Source: Lepidodermella squamata (lineage: Eukaryota > Animalia > Gastrotricha). From it: a stretch of 64,000 nucleotides of DNA. The translations under genes were made by a program, and so were the position numbers. Each line of letters starts with the position of its first letter. Positions within the stretch are counted from its first letter, which is position 1. The stretch covers positions 558,001 to 622,000 of the forward strand of contig JBLDXI010000018.1 in assembly GCA_047495785.1 (NCBI GenBank), given 5' to 3'. Below the pieces are notes generated by a model. The model ran no database searches and was not told the origin of the DNA. It saw only the letters and a program-made list of their open reading frames with translations. This document shows positions 1 through 13,600 of the stretch, piece by piece.

Positions 1-529
1 AGCTATATAAGTCCTATAGGTATTATAAGCCAAGTCGAAGGCAACACAAAAAACAGGTGAGCGCGTAACGTTAATTGCGCTACGACAAGGTTAACAAGAA
101 AATCTCCTGCTCTCATCATCATCATCATCGAGCCGATTAGTAACAGCAGCAGCAGAGCACAGGTGACAAAACATTGACAACACGCATACACACGTAGATA
201 GATTAATGCGAAAATGATGAGCGTTTTTGCAAGTGTTTGCTCGCTCGCTCGCGGCCGCAAAAAATTGCCGACTCGTGATGCCGAGCGACATCATAACATT
301 TACTTTACGCATTATTTTTGTTGTTTTTTTGTTTGATGCCACACACTGGCGCGCAATAATTAGCCAATAAACAACAATCAAAAAAAGCAATCCAGATACG
401 CATCGCTTCCTTCGTTCATGTCCTACCTTTAGAACATGTTTTATTAACCGATCGATCGATCGAAAACCAATAACAAGAGGCAGTCGCACACCCACTTGGC
501 AACAATCACTGCCATTGTGTGCGAACGTC

Positions 530-575
530 TTGGCCAATCAACGGCGAGCTCGCACGCTATTGGCTGGGCGCGCCA
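530..575 (+). promoter_or_regulatory. Possible proximal promoter elements for tll exon 1a (two opposed CCAAT boxes and a GC-rich motif)
   Basis: GGCCAATCA at ~533-541 and ATTGGCTGGGCG at ~559-570, about 300 bp upstream of the ATG. Motif match only. Confidence 0.3.
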
Positions 576-850
576 TCCGCCCTCATAGACGATTATGGAT
601 GATGTGCGTGTCACACACACACACACAAGTTCACACCTCGCGATTAGCGCCTCGCCCCACAAAATTGCTGGCTTGCGGCGACTAATTGTGTCACCCAACG
701 CATGTCTCATTTTTTGTCTCATTTTTTTTTTTATAGACACCTTTAAATTTAACTGATTTGGCGGTAGCAAGAGTCGCGCTGCTGTGTCTATCTTGCCTAT
801 CACCCCCTATTTAATTTGTTAATTAACGATTTTACTTACCGCCGTTGTGA

Positions 851-890
851 ATGTTACAAGCACTGAGTGCCAACCAACGGCGACTTCTTG

Positions 891-921
<31 letters not shown>

Positions 922-1136
922 CAAGAACAGCAACAACAGCGATGACGAATCGAACGATGACATTGACTTGTCTGACGGCGACGAAGACTTGTCACGGCCG
1001 AGTTCGCTCATGATGGCGAACGGTGGCGGTGGCGGCGGCAAGGCGTTGGTCAAGTCGACGTCGGGCTCGAGTCGCCACCACCACTCGCACCATCAGCAGC
1101 AGCAACAGCAACAGGCCTCGCCAGCGGCCAGTTCAG
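851..1136 (+). CDS. tll: tll exon 1a (distal first exon; low-complexity S/N/D/G/H/Q N-terminus)
   Basis: ATG at 851, open to a strong donor CAG|GTAAAA at 1136/1137. 286 nt = phase 1, which joins 4232 to give G-RILLD. Confidence 0.65.
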
Positions 1137-4100
1137 GTAAAATTCAGTAGAATATTGTTTACTTTTTGACTACTGGCAACATATCACGCGCCTGTGACAA
1201 CGGGCGGGCGGTGTCATCCTCATTCGTTTTACTGCTGGCGATGATGATGAGTCGTTGTTATCACATGTGCAATAATCGGTAAATTTGCTGTTTGTGCCTC
1301 GCGCGTGTTTGTTGTTGCACGCGAGCGAACTTTCAGCAACTTATTCTGCTTCGAACCAACCAACCAACCCTAGTTCATCATCATCATCGTCATGCCTTGT
1401 ACCTAATTGCTGCTGTCGGCGTGTTTGCGCCTGCCTGCTCGTCGTGCGCCGTGGACGTGGCGCGTAAAAGGCGCGTAAAGCCGCCTCGCCGTGTCACCGC
1501 GAGGGCGCATCTCCTTGTCTTTCTTTCTTTCTTTCTGTCTTTAGTTCCTTCGGCTGATATATGCTATTATTAACTAACCGCCCGCCCGTTTTGCTATATA
1601 CTTGTAACCACCAATAAGTAATTGTCGTCGCCTTCTTGTGATCATGAAAGCGCCTCGTCATTCTTTCCTCGGTGTAAAACTCCGATCTATACCTAGAGAG
1701 ACTAATTGCGCTTTCAGGTGTTAGCAGCGCTTCGAAAAGCCGCGCGCGTGCGCCTGCTTTCACGGTCACAGTCAATTAATAATTATTGCCTGAGCAGCAG
1801 CAGCTGCTGCCGGCTGCGTTGATGTTTCGCCTCAACAACAAGAAAGTTGGTTTATTATTTCTTCATTTAGTTTGTTGTCTTTGCTTGCCTTTGTCGCTAC
1901 CTATGCTGTGTTTTGGCAGGCGCACGCGCGTCTGCTGCTGATATATCTACCTATAATAGGTATATCTGTCATAGGTATTTATATTTTCGAACAACAATTT
2001 GTGTTTCAATTTCGCCAAAACTTTGAAGTTGTAGAGGAAGACGGCGGTGGCGGCGCGCGCTCGCTCGTTCGCTCGTTGTTTTCACTTGGTGCGTATATTA
2101 TCGGGAATATACAAGAACAAATTGAAAAGTTGTTACAACGCGCTCGCGTGCGTAACAATAATACACTAATAAATAGTAAATTAGTCCTAGCATATACGAT
2201 AGGATAGGATAGGATAGGATAGGTATGACGATGAGCGCGCGCGGCAGTGGCGTTTGAACGGTGGCACGCGTCGTCGTCGTCGACAGTCGACAGTCGTGGC
2301 TCGCTTTAACCAAGCACCGCTGGCTAAAACAGGTAGACGACGACGGCGATGAGCCAGTAAATGGCGATGATTATTACACGACTGCGATTGTTAGTGTTAG
2401 TGCTGTCATAAGATGATGATGATGATGATGACAAGAAAAACAAACAAATATAGGTAAGGATGCCTCGGCGGGTGTTTGCGCGCGCCTCCGCCGCCACTGT
2501 CGCCGCGCCGCCAGTCGCGATGCGCCTGCCTACTTCTTGTTCTTGCGAGCGAGCGAGAGTGAAATTTTAATTAGCCAGCGCCAACTTGAACTGCACCCTA
2601 GATAGCAATGCGTAACACGCCGCCTCAAGACGTTACTTGTCGTCGTCGTCGCCGTTTAAAAGACACAACACTCACGGCTCGCGCACACCGTTCGTTCGTT
2701 GATGATGATGAGCTGTAAGTGGCCGCTCAGCAAGCGCGCACACCTACCCGCGACACGTCCGCACCACTGCCACTTGCCAGCCAGCCAGCCAGCCAGCCAG
2801 TCTTCGACTCGCACCTACCTCGACAATCGCACAAGAAGAGATGGAGGCAGCTGAAGCCACCATCACCTGCTGACTCGAGACGCTATAATGAACTTTTGAC
2901 GTATATACCTTTAGTTGCTACTTGCGAGAGAGTGCATTAAACTGCAACTGGCTTTTACACGCGCTTACCTCCTCCTCCCCCACTGGCCGGTAATCCCTTG
3001 CCACCGGGTGCGCACGTCTTGCTCGCGCCTGCTTCGTCTTTATTGAAGCCACCCATCATCACTACCATCATCATCATCATCATTGTCGACGTCGTCATCG
3101 CAGTCGAGGCGTGTTAATGCGCGAAATAGTATCGTATCAAGTCGAGGTGTCATTATCGCGCCTTGTCGTCGTCGTCGTCGTCGGCGTTCATTTTTAATAA
3201 CAGCAGCAGCAGCAGCAGCAATGCTTGCGTTGCGCAAGAATATGAGCGACATACAGCTACCTACAGGCAGATAATCGACTTTGATTGTCTTCGACGCCTC
3301 GGTGTCATCCCCAGCATGAATGTGCTGGGCGTGCCTCGAGGCCCAATCGCCCGCCTTAGCGCAGTAGCAGCCTTGCTGCCACCGTCGTCGAATGTTACAG
3401 CAGCTACTAAGCTATTATAAGCTAAGCCGATACTATTCACACTTGCACTTCATCGGCAATGACACTATTATCTTGTCTCGCCTCGCCTTGTTTTATTATT
3501 ATTCGCTCATCACTGGCGATTATCGCGCCCGCATTTCCGCTGTTGCACCTTTTTCATTATACTATTATCATCATCATCATCATCACTACAGATAGATATA
3601 GGCTCCCCCTTCGATGTTGCGAAGACAATAGGCTTTTTAGCCAGCCCCCTATTGCTAAAACGACTTGCATGCGAAATTTGATGGTGATGGTGTTGCGCCA
3701 CGGTGCGCGGTTCCACGCCGCACCCAATTTACTCTGCTACTACTAAGCGCAAGACAATGGGGGCGCAATAATGAACGTTTATCCGCTGGGAGCATCTTCC
3801 TCTCGCCTGCCTATCGCCTACTTATTGTCTACCTGTCGCGCCTGCGCATGAACGTGGTTGGCGCCCACTATTGTGAGTCGATTGGAATCGCACACGTTCT
3901 CACGTAGTACTGTATCTTCTTCATTACCATCGACTTATAAGACTTGAACATCCGTCGTCCGCAGTGATTAACGACTCTTTTCATTGCCAACATTTCGCGT
4001 CTTTTAAAGTCATATAGCTTATTAAATCGCATGTGTTCTATTTCGATGTGTTCATCTGACGACGAGGCCAGCCTTGGCCAAATGTCGTCAGTTGGCGGCG

Positions 4101-7069
4101 GTGGCCAACAGGCCTCATCCAAGCCAGCTCAAATCGGTTTGTTCCATTCGTTTAACTTGTATAACTTGTAGCAATTTCGTAAATATTGCATTTTTTAATA
4201 ATAACATTTATATTATGATTATAATAAATAGGCCGCATCCTGTTGGACATTCCGTGCAAGGTGTGCGACGACCACTCGAGCGGCAAGCACTACGGCATCT
4301 ACGCGTGCGACGGGTGCGCCGGGTTCTTCAAGCGCTCGATCCGCCGCAACCGCCAGTACGTGTGCAAGTCCAAGGTGCAGGGCGCGTGCGCCGTCGACAA
4401 GACGCACCGCAACCAGTGCCGCGCCTGCCGCCTCCGCAAGTGCGTCGAAGCCGGCATGAACAAGGATGGTAAGTTCCCCCACTCTTTCCTTTCTATAACA
4501 TCTTTATTCTTTAATCTTTACGTCTTTACGTTTTTATGTTTGTTTTTCCGAAATCGCGTAATTGAAGGTGTAATTGAAGCCGCAAACGCAAATTTGGTAA
4601 TAATGTTAGCAATAAAAACGCGCGACGCTAAAAAACAGCAACGCACAATCTGCGCGCATTAATTGCTAGCAACAGGCGCGTCGTTTACACGAGCAGTTTT
4701 CCCTCCAGCTCTTGTTGGCGACTTTTTCGCTCCCGCTCAACTCAGGGAGCGAACTGCAGTTCGACACTTTATTGCGATGCTTTTGTGTCGCTTACTGCCG
4801 TTCTCTTTTTTTTACCATTCCGAAGAATTTGAAACCATCACGACACGACGAGGTCGTGGTGTCATTGGCGTTTTACCTCTGCTGCTACTTATATTATGTC
4901 GCTCGCACTTTGACTGATTATTGATGCGCGCGCTCTCGCATGACCTTGTGAGTCGCTCAAAATTTATTTATATCAATCAGAAGTATGTAATACGATGATG
5001 TTCGTTAGCGCCTATCAGTTAAATAGAGGCGAGGCGTCGACGACAAATAAATGGCCGTGTCGCCTTTTCAATAGCTGCTGCGACAGCTCACAAATGTCAC
5101 CTTTGCGCAGTCTCTTTATACAAAAAAGCCAGTCGAGTGAAAACGTGTATAACCTCATAATGTTATGAGGCGCAATTACAATTAGCATGCGAATTGAATT
5201 CCCACTACAATATAGACCGCGCGATAGATAGATAGACTGGAAGGCACAAGGCAACGACACGTTCGAATTGACGTACCAACAGCCGCCAAGTCACGTCGCC
5301 ACTCGAGCGTAGCTAATTTTTTAGCCATTGACCGGCGCACGGGCGCAATTTACTCGACGAACCTCGACTCCCACGCCCGCTGCTGCCTGCTGCTTCTCCC
5401 ACCAATTATTATTTTCTAGGCCATTAGAGACCGCCCGTTATCACCACTATGCGCGCGACTCGGGTTTATTTCAGGCAATTGAAATAAGCCGGATTACAGT
5501 TGGCGATTAGCAGTTGCCTAAGACAGAAGACAGGCAGGCAGGCAGGAGCCGTAGACAGGCTAGCTGTCTTACTTCTTGGTAGGTGGGCGCAATGACTGTT
5601 AAATATTGCAGCTTCCATGCGGCCCCATCGATGACTAGGCGCGTGCGTACTAGAGACGCATTGTTGGAAGGGTAGATAGAAAGCATTCGATGGCAGCGAC
5701 TTGGACTCTAACAAATCTTGGCGTCGCCATGCATGATTTATGCGCAAATCGCAAATGTAAGATTGATGCAAGATTGATGCGCGTGCCACCGCTGCTGCCT
5801 ACCTACCACTTCTTGCGATGGTGGTGGCCTGCAGCAGTTTGTCGTCAGTTTGCCATTGCTATTAACTCGCCGGCAAGGCGGCGGCTTCGATGCGGCACAA
5901 TAGCTAGCTGTTCTTTGTTATTGTTTTTGCAGCAATCAAACACCAATCGTCGTCGTCGCACGCGCCAACATCATATACATACTAGTAGAAGATCATAGAT
6001 AATTCAAAGAAAGCGAGCTTCTTATATACCTGGTATAGATAGAGACAAGCGATGGCGGCGATGGTGATGATTTGCAATCACGCCGGCACGCGCCTTGGCC
6101 ATATCCATATTTAATGCGGCATGCGCCCGTGCGCGACTAAACGTTACCGCGGTGTCAAAACAGCTCGGCCTCGCCTGCATTTTTCATGAGCGAGCGAGTG
6201 AGCGAGCGAGACACACGTCGTCGCCGTTGCCTCACTAAGGCAGAGACGTTGCCGACTTGCGCCACTGTTTTTGTTTTCATTAGCTGCATAGCAAAGCACT
6301 CGCTCTCAAGGCACCTACCCTACCCATATGCAAGTAACAACCACCAATGAGCGCAATGAGAGCAATGAGAGCCAAGCGGGTGCGACACCCGCCTGCACTC
6401 ACGAAAGTGATCCCTTGAAAACGAAAAGATGCGATTGGGAAATGACAAGAAAATGAAAATGATGATAACTATGACTTGAATATCTAACGTTTTCCATCTT
6501 CTCTTGTTACAGCTGTGCAGCATGAACGCGGTCCGCGCAACTCGACGATCCGCAAGCAAATGGCGCTGTACATGAAGGAGGCGTTCGAGATGAACGGCTT
6601 CATCGCCGCGGCGGCTGCCGGCATGTTGCCGCCGTCCGCCCTCGCCGCCGCCGTCCACCAGAACCCGGCCATGGCCATGGCGTCGCTGCAGCGCCTGCAG
6701 GGTGGCGTCCCACCCGGCCAGCCCTCCTCTGTTGCCGGCGGCCATCCGCACACGGCGCTGCACCAGTCACCTACCTCCGCCGCCGCCGCCATGTTCGCCA
6801 ACGGCCCATCGTCTGCGGCACTGCTCGCCGCGTCCTTCGGCGCCACCCCATCCCAGCAGTCTCACCACCTCCTCAACCAGCAACAGCAACAACAACAACA
6901 CCACTTGCACCACCTGCAGCACCAAACGTCGCCATCACCCGGTAATGGTGGTGGAGCGACGCCGCAGCTCGACTCAGCTTCGTTGTTGCACGCCGCCATG
7001 GCGATGAGCGCAGCCGGCGGCGCCAACGCCACCAATCCACTGCTCGCCGTCATGGCCGGCGTCATGGCC

Positions 7070-7104
<35 letters not shown>

Positions 7105-8407
7105 AGTGCTACAATCGACTTCGATCGACTCGTCGCCCGATGGCCTGAAAGCCGCCGCCGCGTTCAACGCCGCCGTCACCGGCCTTCTCGCCAACCTGCA
7201 ACAGCAGCAACAGCAACAGCAGATGGGCGGAGGTGGCGGTGGTCTACTGACGACGACGACCGCTTCGTCAAACAGCGACTCGGCTGCGTCGACGCCCGCC
7301 TGCGTCTACGACACGCCGCCCGGCCGCCAGCAGCAGCAGCAGCAGCTGAGCAACGGCAGCAGCGCCTCGACCGTGTCGCCCAAGTCACTAGACCTGTCGA
7401 GTCGCAAGCACGGCCTAGCGAAGCCTGACAACGGCACCAGTGGCCAGCCGCCGGTGAAACAACTCGCCAACAACAACAACTCGTCATCGCAACTCAGCGT
7501 CAACATCGCCGCCGGAGCCGCGCAAACCACGCCGATGATGATGGGCGGGTCGTCGCTGGACAAGTTGTCGTCGACGGCCGCCCTCACGCCGGTGACGACG
7601 AGCCGCGAGCAGAAGAGCGAGCAGATCTCGCCGGCGACGAGCGGCAACGAGTCATCGTCGACTAATACGACCACTTCGACGACGAATCAGCCATCAGCTG
7701 AGGCGATGCGCGAGACGGCGGCGCGGGTGCTGTTCGCGAACGTGCGCTGGCTGCGCAACCTGCCGGCGATGGCGACGCTGAGCGCCGACGACCAGCGCGT
7801 CCTGCTCGAGCACTCGTGGAAGGACCTGTTCCTGCTCGCGTGGTGGCAGCACGACGCCGCCGCCGCTGCCAGCCGGCCCGCCGACCTGCTCGCCTTCGCC
7901 TCGGAGGCGCCGGCGTCTCCCACTATCGGCGGCGGCGGCTGCGGTGGGTTCGACTCGGACGGCGGATCGGACGGCGCCGTCGCGTGTTCAACGTCGTCGG
8001 CGTCGGCGTCGGTGTCGCCGTCGTCGCGGTCGCAGCTCGTCAGCGACGTCGAGCAGCTGGTCGACATCGGCGAGAAGCTGCGCGCGCTCAAGCCGGACCT
8101 CACGGAGTTGACGTGCCTGAAGGCGATCGCGCTGTTCCAGGCGGCGGCGACGGCGAACGGCGGCGAGGCGGTGCAGTCGAAACTCGTCGTGTCGGCGCTG
8201 CTCGAGCAGGCGAACCTGACGCTGGCGCGGTACGTGCAGGCGGCGTACGCCGACGACGCGCTCCGCCTCGGCAAGCTCATGCTGCTGCTGCTGGCGGTGA
8301 AGGCGGTGGCGGCGAGCGGCGTCGAGAACGTCTTCTTCCGCAAAACCATCGGCTCCGTCGGCCTGTCGCGCCTCCTCTTCGACCTGTACCGCAGCGCCGA
8401 CGTGTGA
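851..8407 (+). CDS. tll: Tailless/TLX (NR2E1; nematode nhr-67-like) nuclear receptor, spliced: 851-1136 (or alternative 4082-4136), 4232-4468, 6513-8407; ~805 aa (or ~728 aa)
   Basis: Spliced [48 protein letters not shown]...[17 protein letters not shown]...MNKD|[16 protein letters not shown] has the tailless-type CDGCAG P-box and T-box. LBD motifs ETAARVLF...W...LP...DQ..LL..SW.DLFLL and C-terminal FFRKTIG...RLLFDLYRS match TLX. All junctions are GT-AG and phase-compatible (phase 1). Confidence 0.95.
2198..2224. repeat. (ATAGG)n microsatellite; one of many simple repeats (CAT, CAG, GTC, CA, AGCC) across the tll locus
   Basis: ataggataggataggataggatagg read directly. Confidence 0.85.
4082..4136 (+). 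CDS. tll: tll candidate alternative proximal first exon 1b ([19 protein letters not shown])
   Basis: ATG at 4082 and donor G|GTTTGT at 4137, phase 1. A 95-bp AT-rich intron leads to the acceptor at 4231. SKPA recalls the vertebrate TLX N-terminus MSKPA. Confidence 0.5.
4232..4468 (+). CDS. tll: tll exon 2: C4 zinc-finger DNA-binding domain
   Basis: Acceptor AATAG ends at 4231; two C4 fingers; donor G|GTAAGT at 4469. Confidence 0.95.
6513..8407 (+). CDS. tll: tll exon 3: T-box, long polyQ/polyA hinge and complete ligand-binding domain
   Basis: Acceptor TTACAG ends at 6512; 630-aa ORF to TGA at 8407; NR2E LBD motifs from ~7700; strong GC3 codon bias. Confidence 0.93.
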
Positions 8408-10238
8408 CGCCGTTGATTCGTCGCCTTCTTCTTGCCGCGATCTACAATCGACTACTACTACTACTACTCTTGGATTTAATTGTGTACATTTCTTCATTTC
8501 TACTACTACTACTACGATGATGATGATGATGATTTCGGATTAACGGCTGTGCCGGCTGTCTTCTTGCCAAATGGAATAACCACCGGCGTTGCCGCTCGCG
8601 GCGTGTTTGACGCGCCTCGTCGACATCCTCGCTGTACATACTTGATAATATTAACATTGAGATCTCCATGCGATGAGGAATACACATTATTAAACAAAGT
8701 GATAATTTTTTTAGTTTTATATTATTCTGTGTGTAAAATACTTGACGAATCTCTCTGTTTTGCAACGACTGCCGCTTGCCTTTCGTTGTCGATGCCTCCG
8801 TCGAACGATTTGAATTTGAGTTGCGTATGGAAACTCACCATATTAGCTTCTTGTACCAAGTATGTATACTATATACCACCGCGTATTGTTGATACGTTTC
8901 GGTCTCTGATATAATATGAATTTCCCGATTGATTTTTGCATCGTGACAATTATGTGTAATAATTTTGTTCTGTTTCCGAAAACTAATACAACATGAGCAG
9001 CTATATTTACTTGTGACAGCATCGCAGGGTGGTCAACTCAATTTATTTATTTCTCAAAATACGCGGGGCCAACAATGTGTAAATCGAATCAAGTATGATG
9101 ATGTGTACAACAGATGACTGACTAAAAGTAAAGGAATCAAAGGAAGAGAAAGAATTTATTGCCATATTAATAGGTATTCATATTGCCGAGATGATATACT
9201 TCTTGTTATTATTGCATGTTATGCCAAAGATAGCAATAGCCTAATTTGCTTATATCGGTCGGTATTTATAAATAATACTCTTATTAACATGATAATGATG
9301 ATGATGATGTTGCTTTTTTATTTATCAGTTATCATGATGGCGATACTCCAATATGTTCCACTATCATATGAAATTCCAGTATACCTATCTATCAAGTTTT
9401 TACATTTTATGTACATTTTATTATTGCTGCGGTTTTTCGATTTTGATTTACTGTTAAACTGCGATGATTGATTATTTGGACGTGTGCAAATTCAACAACA
9501 TCATTTGATGGATGATGGTAATAATAATTCGAAAAAAGATGAAATTACAATAATAAAAATACGCATTCTCAAATACGCCTATATTACTGTGTATTTTACT
9601 CCTGCTGGATATATCTTCTTTCAACTTTTCTTCGTTCGTGGACGGTGGATGGTGAAGTTGGCGCATCAGAATCAGCGGCTAAACATAATATAATATTTTT
9701 TTTCCGTAGCTAGGGCGTGAGTTGGAAGGCCCATCTTCAGTCTTCTATCAATCAATCCCGATCAATTTCTTCGCCTGTTTAAAAATTAGGTCGGTATAGT
9801 TAGAAGGTTGAAACCATCGCCCCTTGTATACTACTCGCACATAGCCGCTGCTAGCTATCAGAAATAAAAAACCTATAACAAAACGCTGACAAGCTGCGTT
9901 GCGAAAGAAGTGAAGGCAACAACACGTACGATATGTAACAGCATCAATGTCGAGCAAAATACTGGCTAACATTTGTATCGACGCGACGATTCATCATCGT
10001 TTGTTTTGTCCGGGCTAGTATAGTGATAATAATGTTTTGAAAGAAAAGAGAAGGGCGCGCGATTTCATTTAATAAGTCGCACTATTTTTCTGGTTTCACG
10101 CGATTCCACGTCACCCTGAAAACGCACAATAACATGATTATTTCATATTATGACTTTTCATTCGATTCATTTTATTTCATTTAAAATAATCTATTTTCTC
10201 AATAACGTATTGCTGCGGTATCTGCTGGCATAATCATC

Positions 10239-10664
10239 ATGAAGTTGGTAGTAGTTACGATGATGATGGCTGTGCTGATCGCTGCCAACAGCGGCGTCGT
10301 GCGATGCGGCGGCGAGTGGGCTCGGTGCCTGTCGCAGTTCGATGACTCATTCACTAATTGCCGCGAATTACCTAACGGTTGCTCTCGACTACGCGAATAT
10401 CAGGTGAGGTTTAATGCTCAAACAAAGAAAAATAACTTTTTTTTGAGCATCAAGTTATTTATATTCAATACAGCTAGGAGACTCTACATCAGATCAATCG
10501 TCTTGTTTGAGAGCGGTAGGTTTTCCAGATGTACCTACCTATATAAGTATTTGATATATTATATATTTTCTGAAAAGACCGCGCGATTGTGCTACAAATT
10601 CGCCACTTACACTACAACGTGCCGGCCTGGTATTCCTGGATGCGGCAAAACAACCGAAATCATG
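10239..10664 (+). CDS. Lectin gene exons 1-3: signal peptide and first Cys repeats
   Basis: ATG at 10239; hydrophobic leader; donors at 10404, 10516 and 10665, all phase 0. Confidence 0.7.
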
Positions 10665-13600
10665 GTTAGAAATTTAGAAATTTATTCCTGCAAATTGTTT
10701 AAATCACGTTTTTTTTCAAAACTGATTCAGAATGAGCAATATGAACTATGCCAGATAGTTCATCTTGCTCAGGGACGATCGCGAGAACACTTTTGGTTGT
10801 CGAGAAAATGTGTTTTAAAAAGCGATATAGGAAGGAATGAGATATTTATGCTAAAACTATAGAGAAAAAAATGACCAGAGTAAGCACTCAAGCTAACATG
10901 TTGACCTGCCGAAAATTATGTCATAGGCTCGTATAAACGGGCAAACATGTTTGCCAAACATGGACCTCAAACATTGTTTGCCAAACAACGGCTTCAAACA
11001 TTGTTTGCTCAAACATTGCATTTACACGTTCAAACTTTTGGTTCAAACATTGTTGGGACCAACACGACTTTCAAACATGTTTGTCCGTCTAAATGCACGT
11101 GTTTGAAAGAAAATGTTTGAGAGGCGTGTTGAAAACGCCTTCAAACAAAATCACTCGGCGAGGCGATTTTGTTTGACAAACATGCAAACATTTGGCGCTG
11201 TGGCGGCTGCGGAGTTGCCAGCCGGGACGACATGTGCGCAACTTTTCATGCGCTTTTTCATAAAATAGATAGCATCTGATCACATTGATTCTTAAATCGC
11301 TCGGGTCATGTGGCAAGGAAAAAAATCAAATCAAAGCGGTCGAAAATGTAAAAGCATTCTACCCGTATTGGTAATTTTTCTCCTAATTTGCATAAATTAA
11401 ACAAATCGGCTTATTAATTTGCATAAATTATGCCATTTTCTTGATGATTTGCATACATTTTGCTAGCTTTCTTGCAAACATTGTTTGAGCGTGTAAATGA
11501 AAGTTTGACAAACAAATGTTTGAAGCCTCAAGAAGTGACCTTTCACCTTTTCCAATGTTTGACAAACAAGTTTGATCGTGTAAATGCGTTTCAAACATTT
11601 TTATCAAACATCCATGTTTGAAGTCAATGTTTGACAAAATGTTTGCCCGTTTATACGAGCCTTATGAGTTCGAGTCTTAGTTGACAGCACGTGCGCCACA
11701 CACACACACACACACGGCGTAGCTGGAAATAGACTGTAGTTGGGCTTTTCTTTCAATGATATAACATGCCAATTATTCCGCTTGGTGACATTTCGAAAAT
11801 TCCTGGGAAATCAGTAAAAAATCATCCAAGTTCGCTACAAGTATCGAATTGTGGACCACGATGTGGGCTACCTGGGCCATTAAAAAACTGCTTCAATTTC
11901 GACTTAATAGATCACGATATTTTATATTTTATTTGTGATAGCGAAACCATTTTTTGGTTGTAATGAAACCAATTGACATTTCTTTAAGAATTTCGAAAAA
12001 ATAACCAGCGTTACCCTCGTGATTTCCTCTGTCTCTATCCATCAACCAAACCCTTGGGAAATCGAAACCGTCGGGGAAGTAGTAAATAAAGAATCGAATA
12101 TTTTGTTCACTTTTCCAAGCGCTGATCAATCAGCAGAGTAAATCGAGTGCGTCATACAACAAATATCGAATATTATTTTTGATTTAGGTATTTATATTTC
12201 TTGAGGACAGATAATAATTTAGGCCTGATATAGGGCTAAGTATGGTGGACTCTGGCTTAAAAGCCTGAATGACGGTAAAATGCGACTAGGCCTGTACGGG
12301 AAAACCGAAACAGATCTAAAATTCAGCTCGCTATTGCAATCGCTATTTTGGAAAAATACTTGACTAATAATCCGCAGCAGATTTTTTATTCTCTTCCTAT
12401 CATCTCCTAGCCAAGAATTACCGTGCAAATTTTGTTTCCATAATTGAATCCAGAACTGCTCGATCAATACTTTAATCCGCAGCAAATTTCTTTATTTTCT
12501 TCCTATAGCATCTCTAATTTTTCTCCAAATCTAAGAATTCATACTTATTCTGAAAGATGAGAATTTGGGCTGTCAAACAAGCCCCAATTTAGTATGGGGT
12601 GGGGTCATCTCACTTTTGGCATTTCGGCTGTGTCTTTTTTCATCTTGCCAAACATCTTTGGCAAGATGAAAAAGAAGTTGGCATTACAAAAAAGATGTTG
12701 GCAAGATGAAAAAAGATTTTTCGTATTTTTAACGCGAGAAAATGCTGGTTAGATGAAAAAAGATGGAAATTCTCGGTTAGATAGAAAAAGATTTTGGCAA
12801 GATGAAAAAAGATTAACCCGGCATTTCGAGATTTTATTTTACAACCACACGCCTCGCGGTGCTCTAGGCGCGAAAACTTGATAACTTCAAGGGTACAATA
12901 AAATGACCAAAAATGGCCAAAAATGAAAGTTTTATTTTCGTCCACCAGAACATAGAGGTCAACAACATTTATACCCTTGCGGGTTTTGGGGACAGCGCCG
13001 GGCGATCAGCTCGAGTCCGCGACGGCTCAGTTGCAAACAGCCTGTTTTTTCCAAAAATTCATAATTCCCTAGAGTTCAATAAAATAAAATTCCATAGATA
13101 AAAAATTCGTGTGAAAGTAAACAGCGTGTATATAATATAAAAGTTATAAACAAGAGGTCATTGTTGAAGTTCAGTGTTTAGTGTTTTTTTTCGATTGTTT
13201 TGATGTCGGTTATTCAATGATCAACCAATCTTTCGTGTCAAATCGGAGGCGGTAGTCGTGCTCTGGCAGCTGTCTGGGCAGCGTTTTTCCAGTTCTGTCG
13301 CGATTTTGTCTGTTCGATAGCTGAGTTAAATGAGCGATGTGTTCGATTTGGCAATATCGAGTTCTGCGGCAAGAGTTTGCTCGCCGTGGCGTTGGGCAGC
13401 GGTCTCAATGCAGTGACGCCGGCGAAGGCGATCACATCGATAGGGTGCGTGTATTGGGGCAGGTTCAGTAGGGCCCCAAGGGCATAGGCTTGAAGGTCCA
13501 CAAGGCGACTCAAGGCTGAAGGGCTCATGTAGTACCAGGCCGGGGCACCATACAGCAACCCTGGTTATATTAGAGTCTGGTAAAACAAAACACAAACTCC

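Noticed and set aside
6320-8520. Long antisense and alternate-frame ORFs over tll exon 3 (e.g. 7687-8349 minus, 7816-8520 plus)
   Set aside because: Expected shadows of a very GC3-rich coding exon.
10239-10862. 207-aa single-exon ORF
   Set aside because: It reads through AT-rich introns with clear GT-AG sites. The spliced model gives a regular Cys pattern.
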